DNA of 62,968 nucleotides, filler included, from Hyphochytrium catenoides (lineage: Eukaryota > Protista > Hyphochytriomycota), in assembly GCA_900088475.1 (NCBI GenBank). It is 9 parts of 9 records of this genome, joined end to end, with 100 filler letters (N's around TTAATTAATTAA, not from the genome) between each part and the next. Parts side by side here need not be neighbours in the genome. Positions count along the whole stretch, not along the records: positions 1 to 28,767 come from FLMG01003536.1; positions 28,868 to 36,219 come from FLMG01003017.1; 7 more parts are not named here. One strand, 5' to 3'. The stretch's first letter is position 1, and each line of letters starts with the position of its first letter. Made by a program: the position numbers and the translations under genes. Below are positions 21,674-33,927 of the stretch, piece by piece. Below the pieces are notes generated by a model. The model had not been told where the DNA came from, did no database searches, and saw only the letters and a list, made by a program, of their open reading frames with translations.

Positions 21674-22889
21674 CTACTAAGAGTGAGAAGAAGACGTTAG
21701 GGATGTGCGAGAGCAATAAGGAGACAACAATAAGGAGACAGCAACGAGAGACATCATGGCCAGCGATAGAGCCCAGGAATAAGGTTATATTAGACTGCAT
21801 CTCGACGATGTTGGAGCCGAAGGTGCGCAGGATATTAAGGCTGTTCGTTATCCCAAAGAACTCTTTAAATTTCGCACTGGTATTGGTGGAGAGGTAGCTC
21901 GCGGACCCATCTTCTATCAGCTGTACAAGAATGCTATCTCCAGAGTCAGAAGAATCGGCATATAGAAGAGAGAAGGATGATTTGATGTGATGGTTCTTTA
22001 GTATATTAAGGCCTACTACGGACTAACTCGTTTCTTCTCTCTGCCTAATATAATAACAACCCACCACCATAAGTAATTTGCAGCCGCCATCCAAATAAAG
22101 CGTCTCTATCCTCGCTCTCTCTTGCTTCGCGCTCACGCTCTTGCTCTATCTCTCCCATCCGCAACCCTCGCCACTGCTCACAGGTCAAGAAGATGACCAG
22201 GAGGAGCGGAGCGGAGTAGTGATGATGATGATGATGGTGACACGCACTCTTTGAGCGAGGATAAAGAATATAAAATAACTACAACCATCGAGCTTTTGGA
22301 CGGTGATGACCTCGCTTTGCAAGAAGCGTATGACTTTTACATCTCTTTCTTCTGTGGTCATCAATCCTCTTGCCTTTTTATCCTGTCCAATTCAACTCTT
22401 TGTCTGAACCTTCAGTACTCCTCCGTGACAGAGTCTATAACTCATCCGTTCACTGCCGCCTTATTATTGAACACAATCAAAGTGGACAACAGCAGTAGTA
22501 TAAACCTGTTTATCGGGTACACTCCTTGTTTCTTCACGCTAGAAAATGTGAATTTGTGTACATGCAGCTCTGCAACAAGCTACTGTAGCAATATAAGGCC
22601 CTGTTGTTGTGGTGCTTGTCAGAAGAAGAACGGCATTGTTTGGCCAGCAGATTTTCAAGTCAAAGTGCCGCGGGTTATGAGAAGCTTTGACGGAATAAAT
22701 ATATAGTAGTAGACTGGCTGGTTGGCAGATTGTAGGAGCAAGTCTAAAGGTGACGTCTGAGTTTGTCGCAAGGAACAAACTCATTGTTATTCCTAGCTTT
22801 CAATAATAAGAAGGGGCAGCAGTAGTCTTTCTTCTGCTGGTGCTGTGGACATACATTCGTTTCGTAGTGACAACATCATCTTCTCACCG

Positions 22890-23960
22890 ATGTTCAAGAA
22901 GCGATCTTCTAAAGAAGCACCTGCTGCTAGCGCACCTCCGCTGGTGGAGGAGGAGATGATGACTGCTGTTGTAACCGCTCTCCCAGCAGCAGCAGCAGGA
23001 GCAGATGGAGTATCATCTTCAGCCGCAATGGCTGGCCGATTGCCAGCGACAATGGCTGGAGGCTTGAGCCATACGATGCAGCCTCAAATAGCTGCAGGAG
23101 TTGAAGGCGGGGTGACAGCAGCGCACGCTTTTCCAGTTTCGGCTAATGGTGTCCCAACGCCGGCGCCGGTGCGTGCTGCTGTCCTAGAAGCACACCCAGC
23201 CACGTCGAGTGACAAGGCCCCTAGCAGTCGTACGCCTACTACTGGAGCTGTTTTATATGACTGCAAGTGCATGTTTCTGAAGGATTCCGACAAAATCATT
23301 TTGGTTGACTTTCCTTCAATGCTGGTGGCCTTGGTTAAGAGGGCAATCGAGGATGGTTGGAGACAAGGGATACAAAGAGAACGGACTTGGAACGAAAGCT
23401 ATGCAACGGCGCACGAGTTTAAGCTCTTCGGCTACCCCTGGCATGGCTCCGGAGAGGACGCCATCCATTCGCGGTTGCTCTTGCTAAGCATTTTGAAAAA
23501 GATGGCGCAGAGTGGATGGAAGCTTCTTGCGCCCGTTGACGCCTCAAAGTCTCAAGGAAGTAAGGACGCGTTGTTCTTCGAGTATATTGGTGCCAGCGTC
23601 CCCGGTGTGGACATGTTCGCGATATCTATGAACCGCTCAGACCGCTTACGTGTCATCGGTGCGCCGAGTTGCTCCCCTGTCAGTAATACCATACGGGACG
23701 CAATAAAGAAGCATTATCCACCTGGTATACAGAGGTCGGGCCAGTACTATAATGTACCAGAGTTCAAGCTTGCAGGATATCCTTGGAGGGGAACCTTTGC
23801 TGACGTCTTGTATGGCCGCCGGGCGCTAGCTGGCATAATGCAGGAACTCTCTCATCTTGGCTATAAGCTCTACACGTCTGCAGACATCTCCACTGGAACT
23901 GAGGGTGAAGATGTAGACAGCCTCTTTTTCCGAAGAATTGACGAAGGGTTCACTTGGTAA
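22890..23960 (+). CDS. Uncharacterised protein: low-complexity Ala/Pro N-terminus plus two tandem ~110 aa repeats, intronless
   Basis: Internal repeat: SDKIILVDFP...AIEDGWRQGIQ...EFKLFGYPW...GWKLLAPVDAS...DALFFE versus SDRLRVIGAP...AIKKHYPPGIQ...EFKLAGYPW...GYKLYTSADIS...DSLFFR. First ATG is at 22890. Confidence 0.85.
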   Translation: MFKKRSSKEAPAASAPPLVEEEMMTAVVTALPAAAAGADGVSSSAAMAGRLPATMAGGLSHTMQPQIAAGVEGGVTAAHAFPVSANGVPTPAPVRAAVLEAHPATSSDKAPSSRTPTTGAVLYDCKCMFLKDSDKIILVDFPSMLVALVKRAIEDGWRQGIQRERTWNESYATAHEFKLFGYPWHGSGEDAIHSRLLLLSILKKMAQSGWKLLAPVDASKSQGSKDALFFEYIGASVPGVDMFAISMNRSDRLRVIGAPSCSPVSNTIRDAIKKHYPPGIQRSGQYYNVPEFKLAGYPWRGTFADVLYGRRALAGIMQELSHLGYKLYTSADISTGTEGEDVDSLFFRRIDEGFTW

Positions 23961-24704
23961 ACATTTTGCTGCGGCGGCGCGGGAACATCCGCATCAGCTA
24001 ATAACCGCCACATCGCATATTCCCAATGTCTAGGTCAGAACAGCCTGAGCGTCGTCTCTCTTTAGCAGTGCGCTTGTAAATTTTGTTTGATGCTATGGCC
24101 ACTGAAGGTTCCCGCACCACCGGTTAATAAAGATCTTATCATTATTTCGACCATTCTGAAGCTCTAATGATGACGCTAATCAGAATTTAGGTAACTCATC
24201 ATCACGTTTTGGATTGCTGCAGGGTTTCTAGGACTAGATGCACCGGGTTCACATGGGAACGGTGGATAGGTATACTCGATTGCTGAGAGCAACACAGAGT
24301 TTACCCTGACGCAGAAGACAGCTACTCTTCCAAAGACCAAGACCGTATGGCGATCACAGTTCTGGAAGGGACTCTCATTGGTTATTGGGGAGAGTTTGTG
24401 CAAGCAACCACATCCGCTCAGCCCACGTGACCAGCGTATCATGGAGGTATCGTGTTCACTCATGCAAGCTCAAACACGCTTATGTCGACAAAGCCCATCA
24501 CCCTGAACGATGTTACAAGGCTGTTCGAATGAGATTAACTTGGCAACATCCAAACAAGAACCTCCAACAACTCGAAAAAAACAATCTTAATCCATGCCTG
24601 ACTGAGGGAAAGACAAAGTGAAAGAGGGAAGGGCATAAATTGTCTTCTCAGACAGTCATATATTATACTCTATTATTCCGTCTCGAATTGATACCACTGA
24701 ATGA

Positions 24705-26430
24705 CGGACATTGTCTATGGTTTGCCTGAGCCTAGGAGCATAAGCCATAGCTAATGCTACAGCGCCTCATCATCAACAAATGTAGCAGCCTTTCAATCAT
24801 AGTTCGTTAGTAGGAGCAGCGCTACTCAATCTGGCAGTCAGAGAGGTCATTCATCCAGCGGTTGAGGAACAATTGACAGGTTGATTATGCTTGAAACGGA
24901 TGGATATAAAGGAGGAGGAGGATATCGACCAGAACTTCCCACAAGTCCTTCTCATCAGCCAAAGAAGAGAGAAGATCATAGAAGATCTCTGTAGACTGGA
25001 AAGTGAATAAACAGCTGGTCTGTCCTATCAATATGGCGCGCCGCCTGCCTTTGTCTCTAAGATATAATCGCGTCTCTCCACATCCTTTCTCTTATACCAG
25101 GAGTACGGTCGACTCCTCCGTCTTCAACCCTTTCCCAGCTCTTCTTCTCCCCTTCTTGCTCCGTGAACATTGAACTTTTCTCTAACTAATAGCTCTTCGA
25201 GATGTTGTTCCTTCTTTCATTATCTACATTTGGACGAGAGAAAGAAGAAAGAAGCAAGAAGAAAGAAAGAACAAGAGACAAGAAGAACTGCGAAGCTGTT
25301 ATAAAAGTTAATAACTCTCTCCTCCTCTCTTCCATCATCAGTTATTATCAGAAGACAAGGAAGGATCATAGTCCTTCTGTTCCACAGCATTAACAATAGG
25401 AAAAGGATGACAAAGGGAAGAAGGAAAAGGCGTCATTAAGAAGGTCAATCATCACACTCGACCAGCCAACAACTGGAGAGAAGAAATGCGCTTCAAAGTT
25501 TGAACTGATTATCTTCCTGAATGGCCAAGGAGACTCAGGTGGAATGAAGGCCTGAAGCCATCATGAGGCGATACCAAAGATACCGAGAAGCATCAAGCGA
25601 AGAACGAAATCATTGAAACTTCGCAAGCCGCCGCTCCACACAGTCAACCAAAAGGAGATGATGCAGAGCCCCTCATTTTTTAAGGAATCCTACGTAGTGG
25701 GATAAGCTGACAGCCTGCGTACAGCCTTATAGCGAGCCTCATACTTCGTCACTTTGTCAGACAAGAGACCCTCATAGTAGCCAACATGGACGGCTACATC
25801 GGGAAGAGTTCTTCTGAAGTGCAGCGAGGATCCGTGTGCTGCTGAGAACAAAGTCCTTCATGAGGGAGATCGTCCATAAGAAAAGCAGGGACAATCTGTG
25901 AACGACCCATGCTGAGCTGCTTCGCTGTTGCCACAAGCACTCAGGAGTATTGATGGTGCTTTCTGCCTACCTCTGACATGAAAAACTCTTGGCGGGGCTA
26001 TCGACACGGCTCATTCAACCCAGAGAGACTATGGATTAGAGCCATTCAAAACAACTGGTGTTAGGGCACGATCAACTTCCTCTTCTTTCTTCCTCTTCTT
26101 TCTTGACAGTCCGTCTACAGAGGACTGCCTCCACACCTCTCTCAGGAGACATTGCAACAATGCGAAGATGATGCTTTCCAGGCGACTCGCAACCTCCGAG
26201 GGATGGCCAGAGTGCTCCTCATGATGCCCTTGTCCGCTTTCTGTCCATGGAAGATAGTTCGCTATTTTCCCTCGGCTTTTCATTTCCCTCTTTTGTTACG
26301 CCTGCTGGGGAGAGCTTGGCTGACTAGCAGTTGGGTTGGAAGCTCTTGGTCGGTGCAGTGCAGAGAGCAGGAGGAGATAATGTAGCTTATCGGCGATAAC
26401 ATTCCACTGTGAAGAAGGTGCCAGAGAGAG
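24705..26430 (-). mobile_element. Degenerate LINE-type reverse transcriptase pseudogene, copy 2
   Basis: Colinear homologue of 18610-20750. It retains VRGRQKAPS, AFLMDDL (YxDD-like catalytic motif, ~25865-25890) and TDQLFIHFPVYRDL. Confidence 0.55.
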
Positions 26431-26659
26431 GGAGGTAGGGGCAGGGGGGAAAGTAGAGAGCAGAAAGAGAAAGGGTATTCGCTCTTGTCTCTGTAGGTTT
26501 TCGTGACTTGGAGGAGACCAAGAGGGAGAAATCAGGAGGGAAGGAAGAAGACCACAGAGGAAGACCAAGGAGAGAGAGCGAAAGAGAGAGAAAGAGAAAA
26601 AGAGAGAGAGAGAGAGAGGAGNNNNNNNNNNNNNNNNNNNNNNNNNNNNNNNNNNNNNN

Positions 26660-28228
26660 NNNNNNNNNNNNNNNNNNNNNNNGATAGTGGATGATCTTCT
26701 CCCAGCATTCTTGAGGCAAACCCTTGCTCTCTCCGCCCTTCGACTGTCTCAACTCTACGACGAGGAGGAGGAAGATAACCTGGTTGAACTGTCTACTATA
26801 TAACGAGGCTCTCTCTTTCCTCCATGGCTTCTCGGCCTCTAACAGGAGAGAGAGACACTCTCTCTTTCTCTCCGCCAGTGCTATGTCTCTCGCTGTCTCT
26901 CCCCTGTAGTTAACGTCATGGATCCGTGCTCCTGCCCTTAGTAAACGCCTCAGTATCTTAGTGTTCCCTCTATAGGCTGCCCACATCAGCGGAGTCGCTA
27001 ATATATGAGGAGGAAAGGATGTCGAAGAGGAAGAGACGGACGAAGAGAGAGAAGAACAGCGAGTGGAGGGAGAGAGAGAGAGGTTTGGCGCCGCTCCTGC
27101 CTTCAGAAGCNNNNNNNNNNNNNNNNNNNNNNNNNNNNNNNNNNNNNNNNNNNNNNNNNNNNNNNNNNNNNNNNNNNNNNNNNNCACGTCTGCGCCAGCC
27201 TCGAGAAGGAGAGAGATGAAAGAGGGACTTCTCTCTCTCTCTATCGCTTCCAATAGCGCTGTCCATCCGTCTTCTGCTCTATGGTTCACCTTAGTCCCTA
27301 AGAGAGACGTTAGGGATGTGCGGAGCATTAAGGAGACAGCAAAAAGAGACATAGGCAGCGATGGTGGAGAATCTACCTGCGTAGATGGACGGAGGTGGAG
27401 AGAATAGAAGAGGGAAAGGGGGAACGGAGAAAGAGAGAAAGCTGGACATCGAGGGGGTCCTAAAAATAGATGAAGAGAGAGAGAGAGAGAGACTCCGGGA
27501 AGGGAAGAGAAGAGAGAAATGGAGCGAACTAGATCGAGAGAAGAAGGATGAAGAAGCAAATGGGTGGGCGAGGGAAGGCAGGAGAGATAGAGAGAAAGTA
27601 ACCGAGAAAGGAAGAGAAAAATGTAGAGGGAGTAAGAGAGGGAGAAGGAGAGACGGAAGGATGGGCGAGTCGGTGAGAGAGAGGGGGAGAGAAGGGAGAA
27701 AAGAGAGAAAAGCAAGAATGACGGCAGTGTGTGTATGGTGTGCGTGTGTGTCTCATAGAGAGAGGGGAGACAGAGAGACACAGAGAGGGAAAGAGAGAGA
27801 GAGAAAGAGAGAAACACAGAGAGAGAGAGAGCAAGCACACCTGACATGCGGAGAAGCTCCTTCGCAAGCTCCTCTTTCCCATCTCTAATAGCGTACATTA
27901 GCGCCGACCAGCCGCCTAACAGGACCTTCACGTCCAACTGACTCCTTACCATCGGCCTCAGAACCTTAACATCCGACTGAGAAATCGCCTGAATGATAAG
28001 CTTTCTTAGTGCTGAAGGGCTCTGTTGATAGCCGATGACGCTGGTAGAGCTCTTCAGATCGAGAGAAGAGAGAAGATAGTGAAACCATGAGCCTAGAGAG
28101 AGGAGAAGAAGAGAGACACGGGTCTCGGCGGTAGAAGAGGGAGAAGAGGAGACTTTGTTGTCTATGTTGTCTCCTCTCTCGCTCCTGGACCGCGAGGTCG
28201 CTGCTGCCCACCGCAGCCACTGACTCAT
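26660..28228 (-). CDS. Ankyrin-repeat protein, 2 exons (intron 27298-27840); stop codon probably falls in an N gap
   Basis: Exon 1 ends GGWSALMYAIRDGKEELAKELLRMS and splices in frame to GTKVNHRAEDGWTALLEA...TPLMWAAYRG...GETARDIA. The end coordinate is estimated from copy 1. Confidence 0.85.
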
Positions 28229-28391
28229 TCTGCAGATTCTGAAGCTCTGGACAAGCTCTTGAAGGTTGGGACAGCCATGAAGCTGTTACGATGGAGATAG
28301 CGGAATGTCGCCGTGGCACTGGGAGAGCGAATAGAGCATAAAGCACCGTACAGTTAGTGATGTTGAAGAGGAGCGGGAGAGAGAAAGAGAG

Positions 28392-28428
<37 letters not shown>

Positions 28429-28767
28429 GTGTGAGCGAGAGAAAGCGAGAGAGAAAGAGAGAGAGAGAGAGCAGTGAGGAAGAGAGTCAAGATGGCATAC
28501 TGAAGCTGCCTCTGCTGCTTGAATAGCTGGAGAAAGAACGAAGATACAGAGCCAGGGAGACAGAAGAGAGAGGCGAGGGTTGGCTGACTGAGTGAAGAGA
28601 TTGATGAATAGGAGAGAGGCAGAGTTAATAGTGATGGAGATACTCAGAGAGGAACGAAAGCAGACTATTCGAGCGCGAGCGACGCAGAGACAGAGGGTAA
28701 GAAAGAGGAGGAGAGAGTGAGTATTTGAGAGAGAGAGGGAAAAGAGGGAGAGAGAAAGAGAGAAAGA

Positions 28768-28867
28768 NNNNNNNNNNNNNNNNNNNNNNNNNNNNNNNNN
28801 NNNNNNNNNNNTTAATTAATTAANNNNNNNNNNNNNNNNNNNNNNNNNNNNNNNNNNNNNNNNNNNN
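28768..28867. other. Artificial contig spacer N44-TTAATTAATTAA-N44 (other cores at 36264, 38715, 41288, 42993, 54382, 59256, 61244)
   Basis: The same six-frame-stop 12-mer sits inside N runs eight times, and genes are truncated at these points. Confidence 0.97.
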
Positions 28868-29705
28868 AGAGAGAGGGGAAGAGAGGAGAGAGAGAGAGAG
28901 GGAGAGAGGGACGGGCGCAGGTGAGAGATCAGAGCAAGAAGAGGATTGGGGAGAAGTGAAGGCAAGAGAAAAAGGAAGGAGCTCCTCAGCTTGAAAAGTG
29001 CATGAGTTACCTTCTGGTGCCGCAAGAGAGCAGGAGGAGGAGGATAGAGCTCGAGGAAGAAGGAATGAGCTTCATCATGGAAAGACAGAGCCGTCCGTGA
29101 GGGCCATCATCCGCGCGCGGGACACAAATTCTCTTCATCTTCTCATTGTTCTCCCCTTCCTTTCCCCACAGCTGCAGCTACACTAGTCGGCATCCATCTC
29201 TGTCTCTCTCTCTCTCTCTCCCTCTCTCTTTCTCTCTCTCTCTTTGTGATATCCTCTGGCTTTGGTTAATGATGAAGATCACGGGAGAGCAACAACAGAC
29301 TTAGAAAACGAGGAGAGAAACCTTCTGAGGCTGGCAGGAGAGACGAGGAAGAGAGAAAGAGACACACAGGAAGTCGCAATGACGGTCGGAAAGGTCGGAA
29401 GCGGAGCCAAACAGTTTTAAGGCCTTTATGGACCTACTTGTAAGCCTGGGATCTTCTTCAGGCGAAGAGTCACAGGACAATCAAGGAGTGAAGAAAGATG
29501 AGTGACCGAGAGAGAGAGAGAGAGAGAGAGTGAGATTCACTGGAGAACCACCTAAGCTGTCTGACCTCAATTCTCTCCATAAATATTTTCATTCTGTGGT
29601 CGCTCTTCTCTTTCTCTCTCTTTCTGTCTCTTCTCTCTCCCTTGATCTCCTGTTGTCGCTTCCTTGACTCTCTTTCTCTCTGGGTCTGTCTTTCTCTAGC
29701 TCTCT

Positions 29706-29750
<45 letters not shown>

Positions 29751-29849
29751 CTACATATCTTCTTGGAGTGTTGGCCTCTCAATAGGTGAGAGAAGGTTCA
29801 CGGAGGAAGAGAAGGGATTGGTAGTGTCTGCGTAGGCGTGAGTCCTTCT

Positions 29850-29907
<58 letters not shown>

Positions 29908-31210
29908 GAAGATAGGATGGCAGCAGCAGCAGCAGATGACGTCTGCCACGTGATGAAGTGAAACCACGGCTGCGGGAAATGTCCCGACAAAGAGGACGTT
30001 GAGCACTTGACGAAGAAAGAGAGAGAGAGAGACGAGGGAGAGAAGGAGACTTGAGAGTAGGAAAGAAAGCAAGCAAAGAGAGAGAGAGACGAGAGATAAC
30101 CAAGATCAACTAATTAGAGAGCAAGGATGGCCCTCGAGAAGCGAAAGGAAAGAGATAAGAAAGACAAAGAAACACGGATAGTGGAAAGTAATAAATGGAG
30201 GTGGTGCCTACTTCCTTCTCTCTTCTCTCTCTATGAAGAGACTGCTCCTTCGAAGCGTCATTGCAGCTCTCTGAACTCCTGGAAGTACTTCTACTGCCTG
30301 TTCTTCCCCGTCCTTCCTGCAGTAGAGCAGCCTTTGTTCTCTCTCTGATGGGAGGTCAGCCTAAGGGACAGTTCCCTGACCCCGCCGACCGATGAGCTGA
30401 CCAGCAAGGGAAGAGAACCTCCTGAAGGAAGGGAAGAGAGAGAAAGAGAGAGACACAGAAAGAGAGAGGAAGAAAGAGAGAGAGAGAGAAAAAGAACAAG
30501 AGAGAGAGAAAGAGAGGGAGAGAGAAAGAAAAAGAGAGAGCGAGAGAGAGAGAGAGAGAAAGAGGCGGAGATAGAGAGAGAGAGAGAAAGAGGGGGAGAG
30601 AGAGAGAGAGAGAGATAGAGGCGGAGACAGAGAGAGGGAGAGAGAAAGAGAAGAGAAAACGGATGCCCAAAGCATCAGAACACCTTCCACATCAGAACTT
30701 TGCGAGAGATTCGGAACAGGAATAATTAATCCCATTCTATAATGAAATATGTTAATATCTATTCCAAATGAGAACGCGTGTTGCGAACCATCACTCCTAA
30801 AAGGTGAAAAGCAGCAGAATGCGGACACACTCTCCAGGAAGGAGAGAAGAGGAGGACCAGCAGCAGAGAAAGGGGAGAGAGAGGGAGAGCGAGAGATCAG
30901 AGATGCAGCGAAACGACCTCTTTGGAAGGAACTTATCAAGCCTTTCGATGCAGGAGAGAGAGGAGAAAGCATAGGAAAGAGACGCACACATCTACTCTCT
31001 ACTCCTCGCTCTGGTCCTCGTACTATCGCTGACAGATAAATCAGCCCAAAGAGAAAGAGAAAGAGTAGAGAGACGAGAGAGAGAGAAAGGAGAGAGAGAG
31101 GCCCATATTTGAGAGACACTGCAGGAGAGGAGAGAAGGCCAGTAAGAGGAGAAAGCTAGCAAACTGAGTACTGAGGAAGAGAGGATATTGAGCGCGGAAA
31201 GAGAGCCACT

Positions 31211-31360
31211 ATGTCCTCGAGCCGGCTCTGCGTGAAGAACTTGCCCAACAATTGCACAGATCAGAGGCTGCGGGAGCACTTTGCAAGCAGAGGAGAGGTG
31301 ACAGATGTGAAGATTGTGAAGACCAAGTAAGGCACTTTCGCCTGCTCTCCTCACCCTCTC

Positions 31361-31408
<48 letters not shown>

Positions 31409-31791
31409 TCGCTCTTCGCTCTCTCTCTTCCCTCTCTCTCCTTCTCTCTCTCCCTCCCTCTCTCTTCTTCCTTCTTCTCTCTCGATCCTCATCTCCCGAT
31501 CTCTCAGCCCAAACTCTCTTTTCTCCCTCTCTCTCTTTCTCATCGCCTTTCGCCCTTGCAGAGATGGCAAATCCCGTCGTTTCGGGTTCGTTGGCTATCG
31601 GACAGAGAGAGAGGCAGAGGAGGCGCTGCGGTACTTTGACAAGACCTTCCTTGACGCCTGCAGACTCACAGTAGAAGTATCGAAGCCGGTACGGACAGAA
31701 ATGAGAAGGAAAGACGGCGCAGAGGCGGGGGGAAGGATGGCGAGAGCGAGAGGAAATAGAAGAAGAGGGAAAGAAAGTAGAAGAGAAGCAC

Positions 31792-31832
<41 letters not shown>

Positions 31833-33871
31833 AAGAGAGAAGAGAGAGAGAGAGTACGTGGGGCGTGAGAGCGGAAGAGGGGCAAGCGAGAGAGAGACCA
31901 CGGGCCGAGCAGATCATGAACCACTAGATGGATGAGAACAAGGAAGGCAGTTATAAATTAAGAGAAATAGGGAGAAGAGAGAGAGCAGCGAAGACCTCTG
32001 GGAAAGACGTTAACCTTCTGGTCCTAACCTTCATCTTCTTGTTCTTTAGAGAGACTCGGGCGAACTTTCTCGGCCATGGAGCAAATACTCCGCGGGAAGC
32101 TCCAGGTTCGAGAAGAAACGTGGAGAGCAGAAAGAAGAAGGTAACGCTTCATTTAGACGGCTATTCGTTTTCTCTTTTCTCTCTCTCTTTCTCTCTCTCT
32201 GTCTCTGTTTCTCTCTCTCTTTCCTTTTTCTCAGGTCCACAGACAGCCAGTCCGTGTTTCAACTCTTCTTCCTGTTTTGACACAGTCTTTCTTGGTCATC
32301 CTTCGTACTTGTAGACGACAAAAGCGGCAAGTCAAAAGAGAAGAAGGGAAAAGCAAAAGACCGAGAAGAAGAGAAACCTTCTTCGGATGCCAAGTTCAAA
32401 GAGTTCCTCAGTGTGATGAAGCCGCGCTCGCAGTCCAAATTCTGGGCTAATGATGACACAGAGAACCCTGGACGAGGAGCTAAAGCAGGAGACAATGATG
32501 GTGGAGAGGAGAAAGAGGTAGAGAGCGGTGAAGAGTACGAAGATCTGCCGCAGAAAGGCAAGGAGAACGAAGGCAAGGAGAAGGAAGATAAAGAAGCAGA
32601 TGAGGGAGGAAAGGCGCTACAGGGAAAGACAGGCGTGGCCTTTGATGAGAAGGTGTCGGACTTGGACTACCTGCGGAAGAAAGCCAAGGCGATTCCTCTT
32701 TCTGAGGATGAAGAAGAGGAAGAGGAGGAGGACGGAGGGTCAGAGACAGAGAAGAAAGGTCCACAGGTGGTCCATGCGATGGAGGAAGAGACGGAAGAGA
32801 CAGGAGAGGTCCAAGATGAGACTGACTCGAGTGGGGGAGAGGACAAGGACCAAAGCGAGAATGAGGAAGCAGAAAAGGAGAAGGCAGAGGACACGGGAAG
32901 GTAGTCAGGCTTCCCTCTCTTTCCCCAATCACACTTTGTTCCACCTTTCAGCTCTTCATCTCTCTTCTCTCTTTATTTACTGGATCTTTGATGCCATCTC
33001 TCTCTTCTTCTGTCCTGTCTGACCTTTCCCTTCATCCGATTCCCGTTTGCTCGCCACGGTGTAGGCTTTTCGTCCGTAACCTTCCGTTCACAACGTTGGA
33101 AGAGGAACTGGAGTCTCTCTTCTCTCCCTTCGGTGCCCTCACTGAGGTTCATATGCCGTTAGATGAGACGAAGCGACGGAAAGGCTATGCGTTTGTCTCC
33201 TTCGTCGTTCCTGAGAATGCGCGGGCGGCCAGAGAGTCACTGGACGGCCAAGTGTTCCAAGGCAGGCTCCTTCACATCATTGTAAGTTCTCTCTCTTCTA
33301 ATCTTTCTCTCCTATTGCCTTTCCCCTTCCCGCACTCGCTTGGTACTCTAGCCTGCTGTTTCTTGTGCTTCGTAACTGTCCTATTCAGACTTCGCTGTCT
33401 GGGTGAGACTCTTCCTCTGAGAACCTCTAACCACCGTACATAGCCAGCGGAAGAGCGAAGAAGTTCTGAGGAAGGGGGCCAGCAGGATGGAGCCAAGGGC
33501 AAGGGCTTCAAGGCAGAGAAAGAGGAGGAGAAGCGCAAGAACGCAGCCAACTCAGCGGGCTGGAATGCCTGGGTAGGCAGTACATTAGACCGCAGTATCA
33601 ATAGGAACCTTTACGGCTCGATCCTTTCTCTCCTTCCTTAATATTCTCTTTTCCGTCCATACAATCGTCTCTCTGGTCAGGTTCATGTTTCTCAATCGTG
33701 TCCTTTCCAGCCATGGCTTGCTTTTTGGCTGCGGTGCAGACACTCCTCTTGTCATTTGTTGCCCATTTCTCTCTTTTGCCATTTGCTGTCCCTTTCTCTC
33801 TTTTGCCCCCTTCTGGCTCTTCATTCCCTGTGACTGTTGGCGAGACCTTGTCTCTGACCCTCTTTCTCTCT

Positions 33872-33927
<56 letters not shown>

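Noticed and set aside
22251-22706. 151-aa Cys-rich ORF
   Set aside because: TTG start in a eukaryote and no recognisable domain; probably spurious.
28940-31119. Possible minus-strand multi-exon gene divergent from RBM19
   Set aside because: Some exon-like segments exist, but I could not build a consistent frame or recognise a family.
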